64,000 bases of DNA from Camelus ferus. Lineage: Eukaryota. The notes under the pieces are model-generated. The model saw nothing but the letters and a program-made list of their open reading frames with translations. It was not told the origin of the DNA and made no database searches. The stretch is taken from assembly GCF_009834535.1 (NCBI RefSeq), contig NC_045696.1:77564001-77628000 (forward strand), given 5' to 3'. This document shows, piece after piece, positions 52,452 to 64,000 of the stretch (position 1 is its first letter; every line of letters begins with the position of its first letter). The position numbers were made by a program, and so were the translations under genes.

Positions 52452-54178
52452 CGTATGTTCCTGGATTGGAAGAATTAACTATGTTAAAATGGCCATACTA
52501 CCCAAAGCAATCTACAGATTTAATGCAATCTCTATCAAATTATCCAGGACATTTTTCACATAATTAGAACAAATAATCCTCAAATGTATATGGAATCACA
52601 AAAGACTCATAATTGCCCAAGCATTACTGAAGAAAAAGAAGGAAGCTAAACAAATAACCCTTCCAGACTTCAGACAATACTACAGAGCTACAGTAAATCA
52701 AAACAGCATGGTATTGATACAAAAACAGACATCTGGATCAATGGAACAGAACAGAGAGCCCAGAAATAAACCCACAAACTTTTGGTCAATTAATCTTTGA
52801 GAAAGGAGGCAAGAACATACAGTAAAGACAGTCTCTTCAGCAAATGGTGTTGGGAAAACTGGACAGCTGCATGTAAATCAATGAAGTTAGAACACTCCCT
52901 CACACCATATGCAAAAGTAAACTCAAAATGGCTTAAAGACTTAAAAGGCAAGACACTATAAACCTCTTACAAGAAAACATAGGCAAAACATTATCTGACA
53001 TAAATCTTAGCAGTGCTCTCCTAGATCTATCTACCCAAGCAATAGAAATAAAAGCAAAAATAAACACATGGGACCTAATTAAACTTACAAGCTTCTGCAC
53101 AGCAAAGGAAACCATAAGCAAAGCAAAAAGTCAACCTACATGAATGGGAGAAAATATTTGCAAAAGATGAGACTGACAAGGGCTTAATTTCCAGAATATA
53201 CAAACAGCTCATACAACTTAATCAGGAAAAAACAAACAACTCAATCCAAAAATGGGCAGAAGACCTAAACAAGCAATTCTCCAGTGAAGACATAAATGGC
53301 CAATAGGTGCATGAAAAAATGCTCAATATTGCTAATTATCAGAGAAATGCAAGTCAAAACTACAATGAGGTACACCTCACAACAGACAGAATGGCCATCA
53401 TTCAGAAGTCCACAAATGATAAATGCTGGAGAGGGTGTGGAAAGAAGGGAACCCTCCTACACTATTGGTGGGAATGCAGTTTGGTGTAGCCATTATGGAA
53501 AACAGTACGGAGTTTCCTCAAAAGACTAAAAATAGACTTACCACATGGTTCAGCAATCCCACTCCTGGATATATATCCAAAGGGAACCCTTATTCAAAAA
53601 GACACCTGCACCCCAACATTCATAGCAGCACTATTTACAATAGCCAGGCTATGCAAATGACCTAAATGTCCATCAACAGATGACTGGATAAAGAAGATGC
53701 GGTATATTTATACAATGGAATACTACTCAACCATAAAAAGAATAAAATAATGCCATTTGCAGCAACGTGGATGGACCTGGAGAATATCATTCTAAGTGAA
53801 GTAAGCCAGAAAGAGAAAGAAAAATACCACATGGTATCATTTATATGTGGAATCAAAAAAAAAAAAAAAAGACAAAGTTACTTATGACACAGAAACAGAC
53901 TCACAGACATAGAAAACAAACTTATGGTCACCAGTGGGGAAATGGGGTGGATAGGAATAAATTGGGAGTTCAAACTAGTAACTAATGTACATAAAATAGA
54001 TAAACAAGTTTATACTGTATAGCACAGGGAACTATATTCAATATCTTGTAGTGACTTATGGTGAAAAAGAATATGAAAATGAATATATGTATGTTCCTAT
54101 ATGACTAAAGAGTTGTGCTGTACACCATAAATTGACACAACATTGTAAACTGACTATACTTCAATAAAAATATAAAAC
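52452..54178 (+). mobile_element. Young 5'-truncated L1 (~1.7 kb, complete 3' end)
   Basis: ORF2 3' third plus 3' UTR ending tgactatacttcaataaaaa; probable TSD aatat(g)atctct. Confidence 0.93.
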
Positions 54179-54191
54179 CAAATATGATCTC

Positions 54192-54683
54192 TGATGATGG
54201 TTAATTTTATGTGTCAGCTTGGCTAGGCCATGCTGCCCAGTTGTTGGGTCAAACACTGATCTCTATGTTGTTATGAAGGCACTTTGTATATATAATTAAA
54301 ATTTACAATCAACTGACTTTAAATAAAGTAGATTATTCTTGATTATGTGAATGGGATTCATTTAATCAATTGAGGTTCTTAAGAGCAAAAACTGAGGTTT
54401 CATCGAGAAAAAGGAATTCTGTCTCAAGACTCTGGTATAGGAATCCATTTTGAATTCCCAGCCTGCTGGCAGCCTGCCTTACAAATTTCAGACTTAAGAC
54501 AGTAACATCAACTCTTCCCTGATTTCCAGCCTTTCTGCCCTGCAAATTTTGGACTTTCTAGTCTCCACACTCACAGGACCCAATTTCTTTAAATCATTCA
54601 ATCTATCTATCCATCCATCCATCCAACCTCCATCCATCCCTGATCCATCCTCTTGTTTCTTCCTCTCTGGAGAACCCTGATAC
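54192..54683 (+). mobile_element. MLT2 (ERVL) solo LTR
   Basis: tgatggttaattttatgtgtcagcttggctaggcca..tctctggagaaccctgatac; internal (TCCA)n. Confidence 0.88.
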
Positions 54684-55054
54684 TCTTAGATCATTAAACT
54701 ATCATATCATTTTTAATTTCTCCATTTCTTTCATTACGTTTACAATCCCTTCTCCACGTAGCAGACAAGGATGGATGGATGCATGGATGGATGGATGAAA
54801 GAATAGATAGATAAAATTATGTTACCCTCTGTTTAGACTCAGATTTCAAATACATTGAAAATTACATCTAACCCCACTTCTTCATGCTCTATAGGCCTTT
54901 GTCTAATTCTAATCTCAACCCAAGTTGCTCTCCCCCAATTTGGCTAACTTAAAAGAAAAAGTCCTGTTTCTTCACTTCTACACATTTTTAAAGTTTTTAA
55001 TTACATGTTTATTTGGTTGTTTGCTTAGTTTCTTCTAAAGATCTGCTGTCTTAT

Positions 55055-56224
55055 AAATCATAGCAATGTTATCCTAGGTCAGTCTCCAAAGGCAATGGAA
55101 ATAAAAGCAAAAATAAACAAACAGAACCTAATTATATGTTTAAACTTTTGCACAGCAAAGGAAACCATAAACAAAACAAAAAGACAAGCGACAGAATGGA
55201 AGAAAATACTTGCAAACGATGTGACTGACAAGGGCTTAATTTCCAAACTATACAGTTAATATGGCTCAATAATAACAACAACAAAAAACAAACAACCCAG
55301 TCAAAAAATGGGCAGAAGACTTAAAAAGACATTTCTTCAATGAAGACATACAGATGGCCAATAGGGATGTGGAAAGATGCTCAGCATCACTATCAGAGAA
55401 ATGCAAATCAAAACTACAATGAGGTATCACCTCATACCTGCCAGAATTGCCATCATTAAAAAATCCACGAACAATAAAAGCTGGAGAGGTTGTGGAGAAA
55501 AGGGAACCCTCCTACACTATTGGTTGGGCTATAATTTGGTGTAGCCACTATGGAGAACAGCATGGAGATTCCTTAAAAAACTATAACTTATACCATATGA
55601 CCCCAAAATCCCAATCCTGAGCATATATCTAGAGAAAACTCTAATTTAAAAAGACACATACACCCCAATGTTCATAGCAGCACTGTTTACAATAACCAAG
55701 ACATGGAAGCAACCTAAAGGCCCATCAACAGATGGCTGGATAAAGTTATATATATAAAAAACACATGTATACACATATAGATACACAATGGAATACTACT
55801 CAGCCATGAAAAGGAATGAAATAATGCCATTTGAAGCAACATGTGGGCACCTAGAGATTATCATACGAAGTGAAGTAAGTCAGACAAAGACAAATATATG
55901 ATATCACTTCTATGTAGAATCTAAAAAGAAATGATACAAATGAACTTATTTACAAAACAGAAACAGACACAGAAAACAAATTTATGATTACCAAAGGAGA
56001 AGAGGGGAGGGATAAATTGGGAGTTTTGGATTAGCAGATACAAACTACTATATATAAAATAGATAAACAACAAGGTCATACTGTATAACACAAGGAGCTA
56101 TATTCAATATCTTGTAATAAACAATAATGAAAAAGAAACTGAAAAAGTATATAAGTATAACTGAATCACTATGCTGTATGCCAGAAACTAGCACAACATT
56201 GTAAATCAAATATACTTCAGTAAG
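55055..56224 (+). mobile_element. 5'-truncated L1 with 18-bp TSD
   Basis: aaaga(t/c)ctgctgtcttat at 55037-55054 and 56225-56242. Confidence 0.93.
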
Positions 56225-57189
56225 AAAGACCTGCTGTCTTATTGTAAGAAGACAATCTTGCTACTCATAATGTAGATATTGGCAAATGTAAAATGATTCC
56301 TGAGCATTTGATCTATTAAACATTTCATCTATACAGCAATCAAGTATTTTAAAATAGTTTCACTACGTAGCAAAATTAAACGTTCACTGCTTCAGTGTGT
56401 ACAAAGAAAGTATCAACCATGACCCTTTCTCTTAATTCTCTTTGAATAATATTAAATCAGCAAGATATTTATACACATGGAGAGGCTAAAATATGTTGTA
56501 CTGATAAAGGAGAGAAGTGCTAAATGTTTCACATGGTTTCAAAGAGAATCTAGATTTTATTTTTTTCCCTCATTGAAAAAATTATTTCAAAAATTATTTT
56601 TAGAAGAATTCAGAATCATGCTGTAAATACTTCCTCAACTAGTATTTCCATTATCTGAGAGATCTGCCAGTTTATTATTTTTTACTTAATTAAAAGAATG
56701 AATGTCATGGAACTTGAAGTGACTTGTAGGATTACTCGATCAATGGCCCTTTTAGATCTAAGCCCATATTTCTAAATTCCCAGTCTGTTGATTCCTCCAC
56801 TATACTGTTTTTTATTTTTAACATAAAAACATCTCTAACTATGATATATGAGATTTAGCAGAAGTCTCTCTCCTTTTAACTGCCTGTAAGATTTATGGAA
56901 ACGTGAAAGGGTAAGCAACAGTTGGAGACAAGATAATTTTACTGATTGAGGACAGTGGGACATATCTTTTTTTCCAGAAGTAGGGATAAATTTGGTGCCT
57001 AACAAATGTGCTTTTACAACCCATCAGGGTTAGGAGATATAATTCTGCAAATGTAGAGTAAATGAAATTTAAGCCTTTATGAAAATTGAACCTATTTAAT
57101 ATGCAGCTACCTCTACACCAAAATATAAATTTATTGATGACCTATAAACAGACTAGGGATAATTTTAATCAGATGTGTGCAGTCCTGTC

Positions 57190-57370
57190 TGGTAGAAAGA
57201 GTAGTGGTTTTAGAGAAACAAACCAGGTTCAAATCCCTTTTCTACCACGCAAGAACCTTTCCAAAGCTTCAGTTTTCTTAAATGTATAAAGAGGATACTA
57301 AGACCAAACCTGCAATTTTGTCAGAAGGGTTACAGGTAACATAAAAATGTACAGCACAGTGCCTGGTATG
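57190..57370 (+). mobile_element. MIR
   Basis: ggtagaaagag..caggttcaaatccc..gcttcagttttcttaaatgtataa..cagcacagtgcctgg. Confidence 0.7.
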
Positions 57371-59992
57371 AACTGGGTCCTCCTCTGTGAAAAGTACTAT
57401 TGTTGGTCTTAATGCTATTAAAAATACCGTAAAGTCACAACTCACCCTCAGACTGGCAGTGTGTCTTGACTTGAAAATATGGCAACAGTAAATTTTTCCC
57501 ACTGTAGATGGAAAGAAACCTCAAAACTGAAAGACATATTTTTATAAAATCCAAACAGTTGTGCACACATGGATTTCTGTTTTGGTACTAGCAGACCTGA
57601 TTCCAGACTAATCAGCTTGATAAAGTGGTTGTCGTCAATGGAAAGTTTTTTAAACAAGTGTTTCAATGACTAATCAAATTGTAGTGAACGTTATGTGTCA
57701 CAATGGGGTACACTCTTTATTTTAATAGTAACAAAATGAGCTACTGAAAAAGGCTGGGATTTCAGGTTATTACTTTGGTTTCTTTTAAAATTTGGGAGCC
57801 TGTTTTTACTTCCCTTTAGAAGTAGAAACTTTAAAGTATGAGAGGGATATATGATTATAAAGCTAATACACATATTTATTTATAAAAGGGTAAAAGGGGA
57901 TGTATATAATGATCAGTGTTATAAAAATCTTGTATATGAGCCAGGTCTTCAACACTTTTTTGGAAATTTTACATTGTGTAGATTATAGAACCCTGTATTC
58001 ATACATAGATTCTGTTCAGTAACTGGCTGCTATTAAAATATTTTAAAAGCAATATGGTAATTCTTAATCACTAGTTACTTTTTTCAGAGCTGAAAGAAAT
58101 TAGAGGCATTGCTGATTCAATTAATGACAATAGAGACAATGGTGGGATTTTAGCTCCATTCAGACCACCCACACCTCGCTTAACAAAAAGTACAACCAGA
58201 AGAAAGCAGTTATTACCCGAATCAAACACTGAACGTGACGTTCTGTTAGTACTTACATAAGTCTAATTAAAGCACCATGAAAACTGTATAACGAGATCAC
58301 TGTTATTCTACAATTTGGGGGGGGGGGTTGGGTCTCGATGTCTTAAAATTCTTAAAATGAAATGTCTGAATGGAATATGTAGCTGGAAACCTGATCATAG
58401 AATAACTGAGAAATGTATTTTATAATAGTTTTGTCTAATGTCACTGATTGCGTAAGTGTAAACCAGTTCTAATATCTTTCAAAAGCAAAGTTCTGGGGAG
58501 CTTCTGTGTTTGAAAAGTACTTTTAATGGATTGCTTGCTCTGTTTATTCTTGGCTCAAGGCGGAAGCATCTTGACATTTACACTGCTATTTTCTTGCTCT
58601 CAAGGATGCTAACAAAAACTTGGCTTGGCTTGGATTGGCTTGAAACTGTCCTGTGAACTTTCCACAAGGCCATTCCAGCTATCTTGGAAAGGACACCCTT
58701 TATACTGAACCTGCTCTTATAAGGACATGAAGCCAAAGACCCACACACGAGCACATGCTGTCATCCAATTTGCCAATGAGCGTGTTTCCCAAACTCCAGA
58801 TTAAAGCCATTGTTTGGCACTCAGAAGCATCTTCCCAAAGCCATATTATAAATGTAGTCACAAATGTAGTTAGATGGCCCTTCACAGACTACTTAACCAT
58901 GATATGGTTGAAATACCACGTATTTAGAAAAAATAATAGGACGACATGCAGCATAACTAATAGTTGTGCTTTAAAGATAATAATTAGCCTTTAATTTATT
59001 TTGAATGTGGTGCTTGAGGGTGTTTCCTTTCCCAGAGTCCCATTGCTGCTTAGCAGCCTGCACTAAACACCTGCTCGGGTCAGCTTCCTTCTCAATTCCC
59101 CACACCCTCCAATCAAAACCACCGCAAAACAAACGCAGCAGGTGGGCCTCTTATTCTCCTAAAACCGCACCAGATTTCCTGTCCTTTGGTAAAATTACCC
59201 GGTAATCCCACCTAATCCCGGCTACTAGTGCAGCAGTGTGTGTGTGTCTGTGTGTGAGTAATCATGATGGGGAGGGAGGGAAACCTTTATTACCTTTTAC
59301 TGTTTCACTGCTGTCTCTTTAAATGTGTAGAGAGACTGAACATGGGATTTTATGCAGATAATCTATCCTGATGTGTCAATGTAAGGTCATGCTGATATAT
59401 TTTGCACTCATATGTTGAAGTTGCCTATTAATAGAAAACCTTTGCCAATCATCTTTTTGCCAAGAGAAGTTTTAGTATCCCATGATTTTCTACTGGTACA
59501 CTAAAAGTTAAAAATCTAAAATCTTCCTATGTCTTAGCAGTTTAGTCCAAACACTTTAAATAAAAGAGATGGCAATAATTAGTGCTCTCCTGTGTTTAAG
59601 ACTTTTTAGGCTGGTACAGGGCACGGGAAGAAAGGAGCTACAGAGACACAACAACAGCCTCCAGAATTCATGCCCTGAAGCGTTGCAACAATTTGTGGCA
59701 AGGCCAGGAATTTCACTGAAATTTGCTAAAATAAGCTAGGAAGAATGCATATTCATAGCATATTAAATTTTAAGCATGAAATGGTTGATGCCAAAAATCT
59801 AAAAAGTGGTTCAAACTTTAAAACTTAAAAAGTGAGAAAATCTTTCCCAGAAAAGTATGATGTTTGCAGTAGAGTTTCCTGAACACCTCAAGAAAATGGT
59901 TTGAGAGAAGATTCTTCTACTGGAAAAGGCTTGTCATTTAAAGTGCCCACTTCTATTCTGGAATCTAATGCTATTTCTTTTTATAATTCTGA

Positions 59993-60110
59993 TTTTTAGT
60001 TGAAGTGTCATTGATTCACAATGTTAGTTTCATGTGTACAGCAAAGCAATTCAGTTATATATATACATATATATATATAAAATATATACATATATATTTT
60101 TTCAGATTAC
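59993..60110 (-). mobile_element. Very short L1 3' end with (TA)n
   Basis: ttgaagtgtcattgattcacaatgtt..gtacagcaaagcaattcagttatatat. Confidence 0.75.
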
Positions 60111-60419
60111 TTTTAAATATATTTACTCTAAAAACTGCATATTTAATTCCATTTTGCCCCAACACTATTTTCTACAAGACGCTGCGATCACTCAATAGGT
60201 AAGCTTTGAGCAACTACTGAAGGGAAGGGACTGTATATTGAAAATTAAAAATGAAAGAAATACCTCACTGCAGTGGCCTTGGGGAAGAAGAACTTGTGTC
60301 GTTGGGTTTTTAAGAGAGGTGGGAAGCAGCTTTGGAATCCAGAACACTACCAGAGTCCAAGTAAAAAGAGCAGAATGGTATAAAAGTTACTTTTATTTTG
60401 TAATATTTGTATAGGATTC

Positions 60420-60580
60420 TATAGTTTATAAATTATCTTCTCACATTTTATCCTCATTTTATCTAATTGTGTCCTAACTTTTTCTAAATTAATCCTTGTG
60501 TGAATAGCTCTTTGAGATTTTCTGTTTTAGAAATGAGAAACTGACTGAGTGGTGAATTAGCTTGTTCTAAGTCACATCAA
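60420..60580 (-). mobile_element. MIR
   Basis: ttttagaaatgagaaactga..aattagcttgttctaagtcaca. Confidence 0.6.
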
Positions 60581-60734
60581 TAGTAAAAGACAAGTGTTCC
60601 TCCTCGAATCCCCTTCCCACTTTTATAAATCCCCAGTCCAGTGGTTTTCCTACGATGCTGTTGCCACATGGTGCTCTTAATTCTGAAAGCTATTCTGCTA
60701 TGGACAGGTGAGCTGCTGATAGTGAAAGCATACT

Positions 60735-62142
60735 GTTTGGCAAAAGAGGAAAGGCAATTCAATGAAAAAGAATAGTCTTTTCAACAAATCATGCTGGGAC
60801 GACTGGACATCCACATGCAAAGATAATGAATCTAGACAGAGGCCTTACATCTTTCACGAAATTTAACTCAAAATGGATCAGCAATCTAAATGTAAAACAC
60901 GAAATTATAAAATACCTAGAGGACACCACAGAGGAGAAAATCTAGGTGACCTTGGGTTGGATGATCTGTTTTAAGATATAACACCAAAAGCACAATCCCT
61001 GAAAATAAATTTGATAAACTGATTTCATTAAAATTTAAAACTTGTGCTCTGCGAAAGGCATTCTTAAGAGAAGGAAAAGACAAGACACAGACTGGGAGAA
61101 CATATCTGCAGTATACATATCTGATAAAGGATTGTTACCCAAAATATAAAGAGAACTCTTAAAACTCAACAATAAGAACACGGATCATTTAAAAGCTTGG
61201 CAAAAGATCTGAACAAACCCCTCACCAAGGAAGACATTCAGATGGAAAGTAAGTATATAAAAAGATGTCGAACATCATATGTCATTAGGGACTCGCAAAT
61301 TAAAACAATGAGCTACCAATCCACATCTATTAGAACGGCTGAAATCCGTGACACTGACAACAACAAATGCTGACAAGGATGCGGCACAACCAGCAAGTCC
61401 TATTCACTGCTAGTGGAAATGCAAAGTGGTTTAGCCACTTTTGGAGACAGTCTGACAGTTTTTTAACAAAGCTAAACATAGACTTACCACATGATCCAGC
61501 AGTCACGCTCCTTGGTATTTACCCAAATGAGTTGAAATTGTACATCCACCTGCCCACAAATGCATTTACAGATTTGTTTAAAATTGTCAAAATCTGAACA
61601 CAAATAAGATGTCCTTCACTAGGTGAATGGATAAACAAACTGGTGCATCTGTACAATGGAATACCATTCAGTGATTAAAAAATACATTCATATGGAGGAA
61701 ACTTAAATTCATATTGCTAAGCAATGAAGCCAATATGAAAAGGTTACATGCTGTATGATTCAAACTATATGACATTCTAGAAAAGCCAAAACTGTGGAGG
61801 CAGTAGAAAGATCAGTGATTGCCAGAGGCTCTGGGAGGAGGGAGGAAAAGATGGCTCGGTGGAGCACTGATTTTTAGGGCAGTGAAACTATTCTTTATGA
61901 TACTGAAATGGTGACTACATGCCATTAGACAATTGTCAAAATCCACAGAATAAAAAAACAAAAAGGAAACCCTAAAAAACTATGGACTTTAGTTAGTAAT
62001 GCATCAATATTGGCTCATCAACTGCAATACTGTTCTACAATAATGTAGGATGTTAATAGGGCTAACCTGTGTTGGGAGATGAGGGGACTGTGTGTGTGGA
62101 GGGTTATATGGGAACTCTGTACTTTCTGCTCTATTTTTTAAA
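60735..62142 (+). mobile_element. L1MC1-like ORF2 end and 3' UTR
   Basis: ctccttggtatttacccaaatgagttgaaa; aactatggactttagttagtaat..atcaatattggctcatc; gggaactctgtactttctgctc. Confidence 0.85.
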
Positions 62143-62869
62143 TATATGTTTTAGTGGAGAATGCATAGGTCACTGGGTCATACTGCTTACTTCGTCTTTG
62201 CAGAGTAATAACTACAGGGAGTTAAAAGAAATCCAACAACAAAAGACAGATACCACAAGATCTCATCTCCAGATATGCCAGTCCCCTGGCACAGTCGAGC
62301 ATAGTAGATCATAGTAAAGGAGGGAGAGAGAAGATTCAGAATTCTTAAGAAAATACATAATCTCCTCCTTACTCGGGGGCAATGAGATTTTACACTGCTG
62401 GGTTTTATTAGCAGTAGTATTTTTGCATTGCTTTGTAGTTTCCAACACGCTTTCAGTTAGATGGTCCCTGATGATATACATCATTTCATCTGCTCCCCAC
62501 TGCCCACCAAGCTCCACACCTCTGTAGCACTTGGCAGCTTTTCATTATGCCATCTCAGTCTGTCACAGCCCCCTCACTCAGGATTAGAAGAATTCCACTT
62601 GACTGTACAGGTTGTGAGACTTAATGTAGTGAATGTGCATTGAATCAGATTCTTAGAACTGGAAAGGACTTTAGAAATTATCTTTATCAACAGATTAAAA
62701 TATAATTACACAGAGACCCAGAGGTGCTGAATGCCTTAACTAACCAGCTAGAGAAATGAACAAAATGGAGACTCTCTGCACTACTCAACCCTGCATTACC
62801 TGCCTCACCTGCCTCACTCCATGGGAAACCTAAAAAAAAAAAATCGAAGTAAGAGTCCCACAGCCTTTC

Positions 62870-63870
62870 ATTCACTAAATTCACCAGTGCTTCCTTAATA
62901 GCATCTCCCAAACCAGCTCTTTGTTCTTTTTTCCTGACACCAGTGTGCCAAATCGTGTTCTCAGCACCCCATGCCTCTTGTACACCCTTGGTCTTCCTGA
63001 CTTTGCAACTCCAGTGCACCCTGTCTGGAGCACCAGATAAATCTAATACAAATTTATTTCTTCGTGGCTTCTTTTGTGTAAAAGATAAAGCCCAGACCTC
63101 TTAAGAGAGCACTTACAGGACTGCAGCCTGATTTCTTCCTACCTCTCCTGAGTCATGAACTGAATAATCATTCAAACTATTCCATTTTCTGTTTGCCAAT
63201 CCCCAGCACACCAACACAACCTGTCCTTTGTGTCTTTCTCCAACTGTCCTCTCCAGGTAACGCTCCCTGTCTTAGTTTGGGCTGCTGTAACAGAACACTC
63301 TAGACTGGGTGGCTTACAAACAAAACTAATTGATTTCTCACAGTTCTGGAGGCTGGGGAGTCCAAGGACCAAGGTGCTGGCAGATTCAGCGTCTGCAGAG
63401 AGTCTGCTTCCTGGTCCACGGATGGCTTTGTCCTCACATGGCAGAAGGGGTGAGGGAGCTCTCGGGAGTCTCTTATAAAAGGGTGCTAATCCCATTCATA
63501 AGGGCTCTGCCCTCAGGACCTAATCATTTCCCAAAGACCCTCACCTCCTAATATTATCATTAGGTTTCAATGCATGAATTCTGGGAAGACAAAAACATTC
63601 GGTCTATAGCACTCCCTAACTTATTGGGCATCCTACCATTTCCTGAAGCCCAGATAAATTTCTCTCTTTCCCTAGGATTGTTTTTTGGCTGTGACCAGGT
63701 AATAATTTATCTCCTCAATGAATCCTAACAGCACTTCTTGCCTGTAGCATTCATTGGGCACTCTGCATGCGTATCCTGGAAATTTACATGAATTATGACT
63801 TACATATTTTACCTCTTGAATTAGATTAAACTCCTTGAAGGTAGGGATCTTATACAGCCAGTTTCCATCA
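62870..63870 (+). mobile_element. Decayed L2 split by MLT1A
   Basis: Pyrimidine-rich L2 motifs on both sides; tagattaaactccttgaaggtagggat near the end. Confidence 0.55.
63268..63611 (-). mobile_element. MLT1A MaLR solo LTR with perfect 5-bp TSD
   Basis: TGTCTTAGTTTGGGCTGCT...CTATAGCA; CTCCC at 63263-63267 and 63612-63616. Confidence 0.92.
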
Positions 63871-64000
63871 GTGTGTGGATTTATTTATAAGAATGACAGT
63901 CATTTTTAGATTTAACATCATAGGACTCAAAATCTTTTTGAATCTTCTGATGCCAAATAATGGAGAAAATTCTTTCATATATTCCAAAAATAATATATTT

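Larger units (their letters stand above)
18361..64000 (-). other. NAALADL2: Last intron of NAALADL2 (partial; upstream exon apparently beyond the window end)
   Basis: Lies upstream of the acceptor. I found no sequence encoding the preceding exon (expected ..RMLNDILQDMEKSFLV..PPGFY). Confidence 0.75.

Noticed and set aside
1..64000. CRISPR arrays, tRNA/rRNA genes, intact ERV genes or other novel multi-gene systems
   Set aside because: No regularly spaced repeat-spacer arrays, RNA gene signatures or long ORFs were seen. The recurring sequences are dispersed L1 copies and the LTRs are solo.

Overview
AT-rich mammalian genomic DNA. It is probably camelid: the young L1 3' ends are cetartiodactyl-type, and I saw no Bov-A/Bov-B, CHR or PRE-1 SINEs. 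The only protein-coding sequence I can support is the terminal coding exon of NAALADL2 on the minus strand (18162-18360, ...R|NILYHLDGKT...LVGKN*). The ORF track missed it because it has no start codon. The repeat-poor stretch from ~10.9 to 18.2 kb reads as a long 3' UTR with candidate proximal (15721) and distal (10955) poly(A) signals. Everything from 18361 to 64000 appears to be the last intron; I did not find the preceding exon in the window. Positions 1-10.9 kb are downstream flank. Much of the window is decayed transposons: L1 of several ages, L2, MIR, MaLR/ERVL/ERV1 solo LTRs, and hAT and Tigger DNA elements. Repeat subfamily names come from recalled consensus motifs, not a database search, and boundaries are approximate. 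I found no convincing new biological system. The most notable unexplained structures are several small inverted patches inside L1 copies, a compact inverted L1 insertion with a TSD, a head-to-head pair of L1 5' ends where L1 strand polarity flips, and three-level nested insertions.
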